Part shown: positions 41,052 to 54,339 of the stretch, piece by piece
Position numbering within the stretch: the stretch's first letter is position 1
Layout of the letters: each line of letters starts with the position of its first letter
Assembly (NCBI RefSeq): GCF_018977255.1
Contig: NW_024704743.1
Coordinates: 32,924,001 to 32,988,000, forward strand
Direction of reading: 5' to 3'
From: Callorhinchus milii
Taxonomy: Eukaryota
DNA length: 64,000 bases
Program-made: the position numbers and the translations under genes
Notes under the pieces: model-generated
The model's input: the letters and a program-made list of their open reading frames with translations, nothing else
Database searches by the model: none
Told to the model about the DNA's origin: nothing

Positions 41052-41368
41052 GCTGCAGCTCAATGGTTAGAGCACTCGCTTTGCAAGCAAGAGACCAGAG
41101 TTCAATTCCAGGCAGAGGGCGAAACCTTGGGCAAGTTTCCTTACTCCACACAGAGCCTAATAATAATCCCTCCAAAACCCAAAACAATAATAAAACAATA
41201 ATAAAAAAAATTGCTCATTTTCAATCTACGACTGTTTGTGGGACATTGCTGTGCGCAATTGGCTGCCGTGTTCGCCCACAAATATAGTCAATTCACTTTA
41301 CAGTGTGTTCTGTGAAGCGCTTTGGGACGTCCTCCCGACGTGAAAAGCGCTATATCAAATGCAAGGAT
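41052..41368 (+). mobile_element. Young tRNA SINE
   Basis: Near-identical to 13214-13537. Confidence 0.92.
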
Positions 41369-41699
41369 TTTTTTTTGATTTTTAAAGGCTATGAATTTGG
41401 AATGTTAATTGCCTACTTGTAGGTTTGATCTCTCTCTCATTTGCTGAATGTGAAATGCTCAAATGTTCTGTGAAGCATGCAGAGGCATTATCTTAGGTGA
41501 CGGGGCCTATATAAACATAAGGTGTTGAATTTACAGATTGATTGAATCTTTGGACACTTTGGTCAGTTGTGTTCTTCCATACTCCTACTGTAGGCAAGGG
41601 CTTTAGCCCGGGACATCCGTTTGCTTTTTGAGCCAAAGAAGTAGCAGCAAAATGAAATAGGAACAAAAGAATTTTAGGGTTGTGTTTAGCTTCCAAGAT

Positions 41700-42825
41700 G
41701 TGCAGATGTACTGCTGGCGGTTTATGAGGTAGGACTCGAACCAGGCGAGTGCGATCGCACTGAGGTGGATGACAGAGCAGTGAGTGTGAGGTGTTGGAGA
41801 AGAAGGCCGTTTTTGCACGTGTCAAAGAACGACGGTAGCTGTGGAGATGCTCAAGCCACAGTTGGCGGAGGACTGTCAGGCCAGTTTTCTGCCATCTGCG
41901 CTCGAGCAGCCGGGTTTGGGTTTTTTGGCGGCGAAGATGGTTGTTGTACCAGGGGGATCGGGTGGGTTTGGAGATGGTCCTGAATTTCAGGGGGACGAGA
42001 GAGTTGAAGGTGGAGGAGAGGCGATCATAGATCAGCTGGACAGCTGCTTCAGGATCTCCACGGGTGGAAGGCCAGAGGAATAGGATGTTTGATGATGCGA
42101 GGGCCTTTGTGAGGGTCTCAGGGGATAGGCTTTTCCAAGGGTGGTAGAGGATGGTTGAGGGCTTGGTGGAGGAGAGAGGGATGTGAGAGAAGGAGATGAG
42201 GAAGTGGTCAGAGATGGCCTTGTCCACAATGCTGAGGTCGGAAATGTCAAGGCCATGGATGATAACGAGACCAAGGGCATGACTGCGGTTGTGGGTGGGT
42301 GAGTTTATATGAAGGGTGAGGTTTAGGGAGGAGAGGAGGGCAGTGAAATCAGCAGAAGTAGTGCAAGGGAAGTTTAGGTGGAGGTTGAAATCGCCCATAA
42401 TGAGCAGGCGCTCAGAGCAGAGGGACAGGGAAGAGAGTAGAGATGTCTGTGTGGAAGCAGCTGGTGGCCTTAGGGGGGCGGTAGACAAGGAGGATTTTCA
42501 ATGGGAGAGAGGGATGGAAGATGGTGAGATGCTCGAAGGAGGGAAAGCAGCCAGAAGAGTAGGGGGTAAGACCAAGGGAGGCTTTGGAAATGAAGGCCAC
42601 CCCACCGCCACATTGGTTTGGATGGGGGGTGTGGTGGAAGGTGTAGCCTGGAGGGGAGGCTTTGACTAGAGGGACGGGGTCATTGGGGGAGAGCCAGGTT
42701 TCGGTGAGCCCAAGAATGTCAAAGTGCTCGTCCAGGATGAGGTCGTGGATGGTGAGGGCTTTATTTGAGAAATTTGAGACATTTTGGAGGGAAATGCGGG
42801 TGGGTTTGCTGCAAATGAATCATAC
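41700..42825 (-). mobile_element. L2 ORF2 5' fragment with the APE endonuclease domain, frameshifted and internally deleted
   Basis: Motifs LGLTETW, LVYRPP, LLIMGDFNLH, ISDHFLI and SPWYN; then jumps to RT-region sequence (ALAWFESYL) near 41790. Confidence 0.9.
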
Positions 42826-42902
42826 AAGTGGGAAACTAGGACTGAGATGCTTGGTCCACAACTGTGCTGAAATGCTAATTGCCCTTTGCTGTTTAACCAT
42901 AA

Positions 42903-43291
42903 GTAATAATAATCCTTGCATTCGATAGAGTGCCTTATCACATCTTCGAGACGGCTCAAAGAGCTTCACAGAATACACTGTAAATTGAATTGACTGTGTT
43001 TTGTGAGTGAAACGCGCAGCAGTGCGTTTCAATTGCAATTGCGCACAGCAGTGTCCCACAAAGAGTCATGGATTGAATGACCAAATTATTATTATTTAAT
43101 TTTTGAAGGGATTATTACCCATGGAAAAGCAATCTGCCAATCCACTAACAATCGGGTTTCTACTTACTACTAGGTAAACAGAGGCGTGTGGAGTAAGGAA
43201 ACTTGCCCAATGTTTCGCCCTGCCCAGGAATCAAACCCAGGTCTCTCGCTTGCGAGGTGAGTGGTCTAATCACTAAGCTACAGGACTCCAC
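42903..43291 (-). mobile_element. tRNA SINE, long subfamily
   Basis: Full head, body and tail. Confidence 0.9.
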
Positions 43292-44375
43292 TATTAAACT
43301 ATTAATTACTGTATTAAACTGTTGCGTTCAAATGGCTTTATAAGCAAATAAGGAAAGAGATGTTGAACAAATCTGCAACATAACAGAAATACTGAGGCAG
43401 CTGTAAAGGTAAAAACGACCCACTAATGAAAATATATAAAATGAAATGACGAACAGAAGGTTCCTGAAAGTTACTTGTAAAGTGAATGTAAAATCTTTTA
43501 CACCATCATTTCAAACTTGCTCACTGATGCAATCTCATAACCTAATCAGGGGCATTTCCAGAAGACAGACTAAGGGCATAGAATAATGCTCTCATGGTAA
43601 AAAAAAAGGTCTAAGATCACAACTTGGAGATTTTGTTTTGCAAACAACAGCAATATTCCCTTTGCTATCACTAATTGTGACATTTAATATTGAATTCTAT
43701 TATCATTTTACACAATATTTTTCACGATAAATATTTCCTGCTTCACAACTAACCAAAAGTGACACTCTGCTAAGATGTACCTACTTACACTTTGCATGTT
43801 AAGACGCTAAACTACGAGTTCAAGACGCACTGAAGTTGATCACCTTTATCTGTACTAATGCAGCCTGTAATGTATCCATCTCATCACCATGTAAGGGGAG
43901 CTGAGCCGAGCTAACAGGTCAGTCATCAACAGTAAGATCTGCACTACCAAGGCTGACACTGAGGGCTGACTCGATTCTGATATTCCATTGCTAGGCAAAT
44001 TACTCTGGAGTCAACTCGATCCCAAACGTCCTACTTACCTCCCTCAAGCAAGATGATCATTAGTTGGTTAATGGACATCTAATAAGTGCAGATTTGAGTC
44101 CTCACCAGGTGGATAGCAAAACACCTCGCAAACCACATGGTGAACAGCTCGACATAAACCCAGAGTATTACCACCCCAGGCATTACCACCATTCTCTGTC
44201 CCACAGACTGACACACATCCCTGTAACGCATTGTGCAGTGGTTCCACCAATTAGATTGTACAACGTTGGAAGAAAAATTATATAAAACAGAATGAAAAAT
44301 GTGACATACAGAAATGGGAAGTGTGTCATGGTTGTTGAAATCAAACAATGGCTCTTTGGTTTTCTGAGGACTCAC

Positions 44376-44587
44376 AGCGATCTTGCTCGGCGGTAATTTT
44401 TTGTTTCTCTTAGGTCTAGTTTTTGTGTAATGTTCCAGTTTTTTCCCCTCTTCTGAGGGGAGCTCTGTCATCATGCTGTTGGGTCGTGTTGACTTTTCGT
44501 GTTTGCTGTAAACACCCGAAGCAGGTGAGGAGTCATCAAGATGTACTGGGATGCCTTCTAGGGCTTTATCTAAGTCAAACTCCATCT
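44376..44587 (-). CDS. CARMIL1: CARMIL1 exon with the capping-protein interaction (CPI) motif [18 protein letters not shown]
   Basis: cacag acceptor, GCT|gtgagt donor, 212 nt, phase 1 in and 0 out. Contains [11 protein letters not shown] and the LxHxTxxRPK(6x)P CPI consensus. Confidence 0.96.
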
Positions 44588-45395
44588 CTGTGCACACACA
44601 TAAAAGAACAGGATAGTGTCACAACTAAAGGGCACAAACGTATATACTGCAGAGTATTTGCACAGCAGAAAGGCTAAATACTTAGGAGATAGTTTTAAAG
44701 TTTAAAAACAAGCAGCTAATCGAACACATGACTAAAAAGAATACATTCCAGACTTAAACAACAGATTAAAATGTGGTGTGTCCCACGAGTATTTGGACAG
44801 TAAGGAGGTCATTTTTAAATTAATGTGGCATCGGCAGGATAATTCGACTGATATTTAGAAAATTAATAATCCCAAAACTAACTGTGTTCTTTTGAACGAC
44901 TGCAAAGGTAAAACAATTCAAGAAAGTTTCAATCAGTTCTTCATGTATTTGGGCTGTTAATATTGGTATTACTACCCCATGGCCACAATCACATTTTCTC
45001 GTTGTCACAAATACTGAGATCTGCCATAGGCTCAGTGTGATGATGCACTGTTGTCAGTATCATAGAAATATACAGCACAGAAGGCAGTCATTTGGTCCAT
45101 TGTGTCAGTGCTAGCACATTTAAAAGCAATCTTTTCAGTCCCATTTATCTGCCCTTTCCTATGTTATTCCTGTAGTTGACTCCTTTTTAGGTACTTATCT
45201 AGTTCCCTTTTGAAATCTAATATGGATTCTGCCTCAAATACCACACACCTCAGGGCAGGGCGTTGGTGCGTGAGAGGCACTGGTGAGAGGCTTTACTGCA
45301 GAATCCTTCCACTAGCAACAGAGCCATTCTATTGTATTTAAATTTCTCTGATTGGCATTAATTTCTCTGGGGGCTTTAAAAATGCTTGTTCATTT

Positions 45396-45778
45396 ATAGA
45401 AACCTATAAGATCATCAAAGGGCATGATAGAGTAGATGGTGGGAGATTGTTTCCCCTGGTTGGAGAAACTAAAACCAGGGGTCACAACCTTAAAATCAGA
45501 GGCCAGCCCTTTTGCACTGAGTTGAGGAAGAACTTCTTCACTCAAAGGGTGATGAATATATGGAACTCACTACCCCAAAGGGCTGTTGACGCTCAGTCCT
45601 TGAACATATTCAAGACTGAGAAAGATAGATTTCTTATTGCAAAAGGGATTAAGGGATATAGGGATAAGGCAGGGTTAGGTTATTAGCTGGAGTTAGATTA
45701 GAAAATCAGCCATGATTGAATTGCGGGGCAGGCTCGAAGGGCTGAATGGCCTACTCTGCTCCTACATGTTATGTTATT
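45396..45778 (+). mobile_element. CR1 LINE 3' fragment
   Basis: LFPLVGETKTRGHNLKI...RKNFFTQRVMNIWNSLP...FKTEKDRFL and a CR1-type 3' UTR (gggctgaatggcctactc). Related fragments at about 6620-6900, 20330-20520, 27870-28030 and 54790-55085. Confidence 0.9.
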
Positions 45779-47193
45779 CTTGCTTCCATCATTTTGATAA
45801 GTTAAACCGACATCTCATTTGTCTGTTCAGGTGAACATTAAAGATCCCATGATGCTATTTGAAGGGAACAAGCTTTTTCCTTGTGTCCTGGCCAACAGAT
45901 TAATTGGTCATTTACCTCATTTAATTGTTGCAAACAGTTGCTCTGTTTGCAAAAAACATCACTGCATTTGACAGTCATTACTTGTGAAGTGATTGGATAC
46001 TTTTCAACATGATAGGGGGCTTTAAAAATGCTTGTTCATTTTTCCTTTTACAGTATATGCTGCACAGTATATCCTGTGCAGCTCTTTGAGATATTCTCTG
46101 AGACGTTGTTATATTAAATGTAAGGATTATTATTATAAAAGTGGTACCAAACTTTATAGAATCAATCTACAAAAGATGAGACCATTGTAAACCCTCTGAA
46201 TTAAAGAAAAGCTAGTTGAATAACTTCCTTGTGAGGCAGCATTCAGATCTGCTGTAGATAACAGGAATGAATGAATGAGGTGCGTTTCAGAATGAAGCAT
46301 TTATATACAGTGGAGGTGAGGAAAATCACGACTGAGGGGATCATGTTGCCAAACTTTTAATGCAAGTTTCTTCCGAGTGACCTTCTTTCTACCCATTCAA
46401 TTTGTAGATCTTGGAAGAACTGCACATCTTCAAATTTGCTTTTATACTATTAATGTTCCAATGTTAGCAGTGAACCAAAGAAGCCATTCTCAATTCAACT
46501 CACTGAATAAAAATGATGCATAAATACCACAGTCCTCAAGTCTCTGGACTAGAATATAAAGCACAACAAGGTAGAATTGTATGTTTTGTTTTGTGAATTT
46601 TTGTGAATAAGTCTTTTTTAAACTGTTTTAATAAAGAAATGTTATTGCATAGTCCATTTAACAGACTTTGCTTATTAATAAATAATAATTCTTGAATTAT
46701 ATATAACGCCTTATCACGTATCTCAAGGCGCTTCAGAGAATCTACTGTAAAGTGAATTGACTGTATACTTTGTGGGTGAAACATGGCAGCCAGTAGCGCA
46801 CAATTTTGTATTTATTTATTCAAACTAAAGAACAGCTCTGAACAAATACATCTGCAAACTGCCTAAATTTAATCCTTAAGAGAGTTTGCTGACATGCATT
46901 CATGTTTGCGGGCATAAGAGCTATTTTGAAGACTATTTTCTCGGTTTGAAGTCAGACGGTTACTACTCATGAAAGAGTAGTGAATGGAGGAGTATGGGGA
47001 GAGGCTATGGAGGAGGAATTAGGATGGGTGAAAGCTCATATGGAATACAAACATCGGCAGAGACCAGTTGGGCGGAATGACCCATCAATAAGTTGCAAAA
47101 ATGGTCAACTGACTACACCAATTGAAATTTACAATGTAATTTGAGCTGTTAGAGATTGTAACATGAAGTGACCCAATACAACTGAGAACTAAC

Positions 47194-47238
47194 TTGACTT
47201 TGTAAGTTGCTCCCACCGTCCAAAACAGATGATTGGAA
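47194..47238 (-). CDS. CARMIL1: Candidate 45-nt frame-preserving cassette exon of CARMIL1: (V)PIICFGRWEQLTKS(K)
   Basis: Long pyrimidine-rich tract ending ttcttccag, donor AA|gttagt, phase 1-1 like the host intron, no stop codon. No homology support. Confidence 0.4.
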
Positions 47239-48588
47239 CTGGAAGAAAGATCAGAAAAAAAAGTAGAAAGAGTTCAGGGAAAGACCAAAAAGGCTTGGGT
47301 AGGTAGAAAATAGAAAAAAACAAATATAAATAGAACCAAGAAGCAAACACAAATATAAATCAGAAAAAAAATAGAATTTTAAAAAATGATGATGGGACAA
47401 TTACATGAAAAAGTTTTTAAATAATTTATAACTGCTTTTTTTACAATCATAAAACTATTCTGATCAATGTAGTAGCTTATTGTTTTCAGAGTTACAATGC
47501 ATGAGCTAAAGATGTACTGAACTGTCATTCATCAGACAAGATTCATTGACCTGCTGAAAGCTCTCGTGTGGAGTACGGTAAGACCAACAGCACTTTGGCA
47601 AACAAACAGAAGATGGTGCTGTTTGCACAGCTAGCAACTCCCTCGGGTATGGAGCACAAGGTTAAAATAAAAAAAAGATGCTTAATGGGAACTGTCAGGA
47701 CTTGCTTCCTACAGATGCAATTCTGTGGTTGGCTCCAATATGAAAAATCTCAGAGATATTTTAAGCCTTTAAGAATGCAGATTTAATTACAGAATACTCC
47801 AATTACCGCCCTGGGACCAGATTCCATTCAACACAAACAATGTGGGAAGCACAGAACTCAAACACAGTTACAGTTCTCCTTTCTGGTCCCATTTTCAAAT
47901 ATCATTATTTGTCCCCTATCTTACAAACATCTTTAATTATTAAAAAAAAAGTATCTAATCCCTGTTTGAAACTGCCAACGCCGTATCAGGTACAACGACG
48001 ACAACAACAACTTAAATTTATATACTGCCTTTCAAGCGAAGTAACGTCCTGGAGCGCTTGGTACAGTGTAAGGCTAGAATAAGGTCTGAAAGAAAGTCAG
48101 TGAAAGTGAGATAGAAAGAGCAAGTCAGAGAGAGACAGAGTATACAGTGTATACAGTGTAGTACTATAGTGACAATGTAATCTTCTGATAGAGGAAGTTT
48201 TGGGTTAACACTACAGTCAATTTGAATTTTACATGATAACTTGTTATCTATATCATTTCTACATCCACCAAAAGGCTGGTCCTAATTAATGCAGATAATA
48301 GGCCCTCTACTATCATTAAGTCTAAACTATCCATTGACCTGAAGTTGAGGACCTACAAAATATACAGTCTTCACTCTTCCAAATTTTGGGCTCACGTGAC
48401 TCCAGAGATGGGTATTGTAACCTTGGCTAAACCATTCTTCTCCAATCTTGGTCTTTTGGTAAACTTTCCAATAATTTATTTCATTGTGCTAACTTTGTGA
48501 CGATTTCATTTTCAGCAAGTGGGACATTTAGAAAAGAACTTTGAAGAAGGTATGTGAATAAATAAAGTTCACGGCAACAGATATTTAC

Positions 48589-48655
48589 CAAAGGCTCTGG
48601 AAACTGGGCGCAGCATTCTGCTGTGGATACTTTTCCTCTTCGATTTTGGTGTCAT
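48589..48655 (-). CDS. CARMIL1: CARMIL1 exon: MTPKSKRKSIHSRMLRPVSRAF
   Basis: gacag acceptor, G|gtaaat donor, 67 nt, phase 0 in and 1 out. Matches the human peptide as I recall it. Confidence 0.95.
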
Positions 48656-51039
48656 CTGTCAAATATAACAGGTACTTGTTAAAGCAGAAATTACATATTC
48701 TAAAATGGATGCATCACGTCTATTGATTAAAAATCATTATTAGCTACATTAACCTCTCGTGAGATAAACTGTATGAAACGTGTTATATACAGTGGAGCCC
48801 TGTTATAATGCGGTAGTTGGTTAATAACAAGTCACGATAGCTAAGTTTCACTGTGCATGTGTGAAGCGAGCTGATTCACTCCCTGCATATGCTGGCTGGT
48901 TCCTGTGCTGAATAAGCCGACTTCTGGCACAAGTCACTGCCAATATGACTACGTTACTTTTGTGTATTGCACCTTTGCCAAAGCAGGAAGTGACATAGAC
49001 AACAACCTGGTCACCTAGAAATTGGCCATTTTTAAGCTCATTGTGCACCGTGTAGAAAGTGACATCCGTGGCGACCGAATAATCTGGAAATCCGCCATCG
49101 ACAAATCGAGCCAGCTGGCGGGCAGAAAGTGAATGTGTTCCACATTGAATTCACATTGTAATCAAATCACTATAAAACTGTAAAGTAGTGTGTTTCCACA
49201 GAGTGGCACTTAAAGGCAAACTCCTGTTTGCTACTTTCTCACAATGAGTGGAAAATATGAGTATACAATTTTGCACAACGATGAGACAAAAAATACTTCA
49301 GAAAAGCTTTTGACACTTTTACTGCCCAAAACATTTAATTTCAACAAGATGTATTGTTGAACTGTAATACAGATCACTTTGAACCCATTCTCTATCAGTT
49401 GTTCATACTCAAAGAAATAATATTTTTCTTTGAGACGTTTGCTTTAATCAACATCTCACTCCATGCAGCGTTCGAGGCCAACAAACTGTAACATTTGGAC
49501 ATATCTTGCTCATAAAGATTGACAACTCCAAAACACGTCAAGTTATTACAGCTTTGTAACCAAAATATATGAACATCAAGGCTACAAATTAAAGATTGTG
49601 CATTTACAAAGAGATAAAAAATACACTTGCCTAATGCATATACGTTTACATTCTCAGACAATACAATTAAATATTCTGCCAAACTAAGAAAACAGTAAGA
49701 AATTATATTTGAGATATCATTTCCCATTGACCAAGGTTTTTCTTTCTTTTCAACTGTCTTTCAGTCACCTTCCTCTCCATCAACTCTCACCACCTCACAG
49801 CTTATATACCTGGTCACCTGCGTGAAGCTCTTTGAGACGTCCTCTCAATGTGAAATTTATATCAATGTAATAATTGTTGTTATTGTTAAAGACACCAAGG
49901 CACGCAGGCTGGAGGCTTAATTCTTGTTGTGTTCTAAGTAAACTTACCTCTGCTGGGGCACCTTCCTTGGCTAAACACTGCTAAGAAAAAGAAAATGCAA
50001 CTGCCAGGAATCCAGCTCCTGTTCATTATGGAGGTCAGAAAGTATACATGTGGACATTGGGCTCGTCTGTGATGCCCTCCATTGTTGCTAATACTTTCTG
50101 TGCTCACATACGGAGAATGGCCACGAGAGTGAAGGACTGGAGGCAACCAGCCCATATGGAATTGGGTTATGAAAGTCTCAACTGTAAGTTTGAGACAAAC
50201 ATGGAACAAGGTGATTCTGGGCCTGTTCTAACCAAGGGAATGTCATACAAGGAATGCAACTAGAGTAGAACACTAGATTGATAGCCTGGAAATTTAGCAC
50301 CTCTTTGAAGCCAGGCAGAAACCTTATGCATTTTCCCCTTTTGGATGTGTTTTCTATAGTTATAAAATTAATGCTCATAACAGTACAAATCGTATGCTGC
50401 TCCAGGAATGGATGCCGTTTGATCATAATCCTTAAGATAAATAAATTGTCGTGCAAATAGAGAGTGACTTACAGTGAGTTACTGCCTCTTTAAACAACAA
50501 GCATTGGAATAAGCCCTGCTGTTCATTGTGGGAAATGGAGGTTAATATGAAAGACAGCCTGGGCACCAGTCTCCAATTGTTTGTCAGCCAAGAGTTATCA
50601 GGAGTCCTTTGTAATGCTTTGCAGAGAAGATAAATGTTTTGCATATTGGCACAAGCTACATCCACAGCACAATAAGAATATGTTTCAAGATTACTTTAAT
50701 AGCTTATAGCCAGGTGAAGAAAAGCACAGGATTTGCATAATGGTGCTAAAATGGGTTTATCTATTTTATCATCGGAAGCTCTGTTAATCCTCAAGGTCTT
50801 TGCATTAGCATTTTAAAAAATTCTATACATCTTACATTTCAGATAATGGCCTATACTGGTACTGTTTCTACAACATCTGATAAAGTAGTGTAAAAATCAA
50901 GAGAAAGTATACTTTTCAATGAGAAGGATTACTTTTATTTAGATACATAAAACTCAAATGGTGGGTTAAAGTTTAACTTTCAAATGTTCATATTAGCACT
51001 GGCCTTTCTGAACACAAAACAACATTAATTGGAGTGAAA

Positions 51040-52840
51040 ACCACCAACAACAAATTGGATTTATATAGCGCATTTCACATCGGAAGGATGTCCCAAAGCA
51101 CTGGACAGTTGAGGGTTTTCACCCAAGCTAGGGGTTGGAATCAAGAGGGTTGCAGGTTGGGGGGAGTGGTGGTAGGAGTCTGGCTGAAAGTACGGTCAAC
51201 GAGTAAGGTCTTGAGACAGGCCTGAAGGATGCAAGGGAAGGGGCGAGACATAGGGATGGATATCCAGAGGGTGGTGGTAGAAAAGCTGAAGATCCGACCA
51301 CCAATGGTGGGGCGGGCAGAGCGGGGGACATGGAGCAGGCCAGTGCCTGCTGAATGGAGGGAGGAGACAGGTTAGTATGGTGTTAATAGGTCGCAGAGGT
51401 AGGAGGGAGCATGCCCGTGTAGAGCTTTAAAAGTAATGAGAATTTTAAATTCGAGCCTCTGAGGAATGGGGAGCTAGTGGAGCCCGGCGAGGATGGGGGT
51501 GATCGGTTCATTCTGGATAATCTGCAGTTTGTGGAGGAAAGAGTTGGGAAGGCGAGAAAGGAGTTTGTGTAGTTGGGCACGGACATGATGAATGCATGGA
51601 CGAAGGTCTCAACAACAACAACTTGTTCCACGCAAAGTGCTTCAGAGTGCTTAACAGAGCTTGATTCCGAGCCGGGAGTGGGGGGGAGGTGACTGTAAGC
51701 ACGGTCGAAAACGAAGGTTTTCAGGTGGGACTTGAAAACGGGGAAGAGGAGGCAAGGCAGAGGGACTGAGGCAGAGCGTTCCAGAATTTTGAGGCTTAGT
51801 GGCTGAAAGCGCAAACTTCAATGGTGAAACGGAGAGTGCGAGGGACAAGTAGGAGGCTGGTGCCAGTCGAGCAGAGGTGCTGGGTGTTGGATTGGGGAGT
51901 GAGGAGGTCAGAGAGGTAGAGAGCTGCCAGGAAGTGAAAGGATTTGAACACGAGTGTGAGGATCTCAAAGTAGATCTGTTCAGTGATGGGGAGCCAGTGG
52001 AGCCTGGCCAGAACTGGTGAGATGTGGGTACGGAGTTTGGTCCGGGTCAGTATGTGAGCGGCAGAGTTCTGAATGAACTGAATTTTTTAAATAGTGGAGC
52101 TGGGGAGACCGGTGAGGACTGCATTTGAGTAATCCAGGCAGAAGGTGTCAAAAGCATGCATGAGGGTTTCGGCTGCATTTGGGGTAAGTTACAGTCGGAG
52201 GTGGGCAATGTGGCGGAGGTGGAGGAAGGCGATCCTGGTCAGGGATCAGATGTGGGGAAGGAAGGACAGCTGTGGGTCGAACCAGACTCCTAGATTGTGT
52301 ACTGGTTTGGTGAATCTGAGGGAGAGCCCAGGGAAGTTGAAGAGTTCAGATCTGCAGGAGTGAAGACCTTGACGGGAGCCAAGGAGTATGGTTTCCATCT
52401 TATCCACGCTCAACTGCAGGAAGTTTACACTCATCCAGGCCCTGATGTCTGCCAGACAAGCTAATAGAACATCAGAGGACCTGGAGTTGGTACTGGAGGA
52501 GGCAAAGTAGATTTGTGTGTCATCTGCATACATGTGAAGGTTTACCCTGTGTCTGCGGATGACATCGTCCACAGGGAGCATATAGATAAGGAAAAGAAGA
52601 GTGCCAAGGATGGAGCCCTAGGGTACCCTGCAGGTGACAGGCAGGGGAGGAGGAGAAACCATTTGCTGAGATGAAATGGAGGCGGTTGGTTAAGTAGAAC
52701 TTGAACCAGGTGAGTGCGATCCCACTAAAGTGGATGAGGGAGGAGAGGTGGTGGAGGAGAATGGAGTGGTCGACTGTGTCAAACGTGGTAGAGAGATCCA
52801 GGAGGACAAGAAGGCAGAGGGAACCTTGGTCACAGATAAA
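51040..52840 (-). mobile_element. Two nested or adjacent L2 fragments (51040-51610; 51610-52840 with RT motif YADD)
   Basis: LLDLSTTFDTVDH, MYADDTQIY and two (TTG)n tails. Confidence 0.9.
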
Positions 52841-54321
52841 CAAGACACAGTTTGTGACTTTGTCTCGGCATTGCCTTCACTAACCATGCCAGCTAAAATA
52901 AAAGCAAGCAGTCTCAAATGGCTCTTAAGATTTCAAGAAGCCACATGTTCAAATAGAAGTGACATGAGTTGGCATAAAACAAGATTGAAATCCCCATAGG
53001 CGTTACTTGCTAGATAATGGTTTGATTTTCCAGACGTAGTGAAAATGGATACCAACAGAATATTGAACTTCTGACCAAAAGAAGCTGATATTCTTTCAAA
53101 GAGGGCCACACAGAGAAAGGTCACCATTCTCAGCATACGGTAAAAGCTGCAGGTGTAACTCCCTAATATTAAAGCAAGGCACACACTGAAATTATCATTG
53201 TGTACAAATAAAGAGGTTACTTTGCTTCTCTCTTTGCAAAAAACTCAAGAGATTTATCGATGTCCAATGGCTGGACAGAAGCTTGCTATGACAAAACGTG
53301 CCTTGCAAACAATGCTGACAGTTTGTGCAAAATGAGTTTCATGGTTGAACCCATTATTGCACAATTGCACAATAGTATCTATCCCACAATTCTTAGATAA
53401 GAAACTGTTGTGGAGTCCTGTAGTGTTTTGGTTAGAGCCCTCGCCTCATAAGCAAGAGGACCAGGGTTTGATTCGCAGGGAGGGCAAAACCTTAGGCAAG
53501 TTTCCTTAATCCACAAGCCTTTGAACCAAGGATCTGCTGTGAGAACCAGGAGGGAACTAGGCTGGCTCTGTAAGTGTTTACATTTAATTATTCTAAGAGT
53601 TTAATAACTTGACAAATAAGCATAGGATTTCCAAGCTTCGTATTTAGGAATGCCAGCATTTTGGTATAGGTCTTATTAAATGAACGCTTGGGAGTTGTAA
53701 ATTCTTTATTTTTGAAAAATGATTTCTTGGCAAAATATTTAATGGGGAGGGGGACGGAGACTGGACATTATTGCAATTTAATTCGCAAGAATCCTCCAAC
53801 ATAGGAGATACATTGAGGAGGCTCAGTGGCACATTATATTCCTATTCCAGGCATTAAGACCCCCACAATGTGCAATAGAGCTTCGTCCATATGATCCTCC
53901 AAACAAGAAGCATTGAATCCCTTATGAACATTGAATCTCTTACGAACAAGTATCAAGTTATTCTAAGTCACTCTCGTACCTCTCCTGGAAAGACAACTCA
54001 GATAATGGTACTTGTGGGAAGGGAAAAGGAAGGGAAGAGAGAAAAATGTAAGAATGGGAAAAAGATAAAAATCCTTCTTCATTTCTCTAAAGACAGAGAC
54101 CCTGATCTTGTTAAGTGTGCATAGACAAGCGTTAAAATTCAAGTCAACAAATGGTTTATATAAAAACACAAGATCAATCTTAATTTTTGCATATAATCAA
54201 AAGCAATTGAAGCACATCTGTACCTTCTCCCAAGGGGCATTCATGCAACGCATAAGCAAATAAAGCAAGAAATGTAAACAATCTGGTGCAAAAGTAGACT
54301 GCAAACAACAGAAGTACTTAC

Positions 54322-54339
54322 ACTGGTACAGCAGAGAGT
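54322..54339 (-). CDS. CARMIL1: 18-nt CARMIL1 microexon encoding TLCCTS
   Basis: Long polypyrimidine tract, ttttgctgcatggag acceptor, ACTCTCTGCTGTACCAGT, consensus gtaagt donor. Phase 0-0 like the host intron. Confidence 0.75.

Noticed and set aside
41493..42488. Longest ORF (331 aa) as a host gene or novel nuclease
   Set aside because: It is a disrupted L2 APE endonuclease fragment that runs into flanking DNA.
48789..49185. Tigger-like terminus tacagtggagccctgttataa (a similar one at about 38200)
   Set aside because: No convincing matching right TIR, so element boundaries cannot be supported.
53221..53270. Exon-like segment ccag|PLDIDKSLEFFAKREA|gtaacc
   Set aside because: It is 50 nt, so not frame-preserving in a phase-0 intron, and has a weak pyrimidine tract and no support.
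53975..54070. Pyrimidine tract with an aag acceptor and G|gtacga donor near the microexon
   Set aside because: It gives a 31-nt frameshifting exon; a poison exon cannot be excluded but is unsupported.
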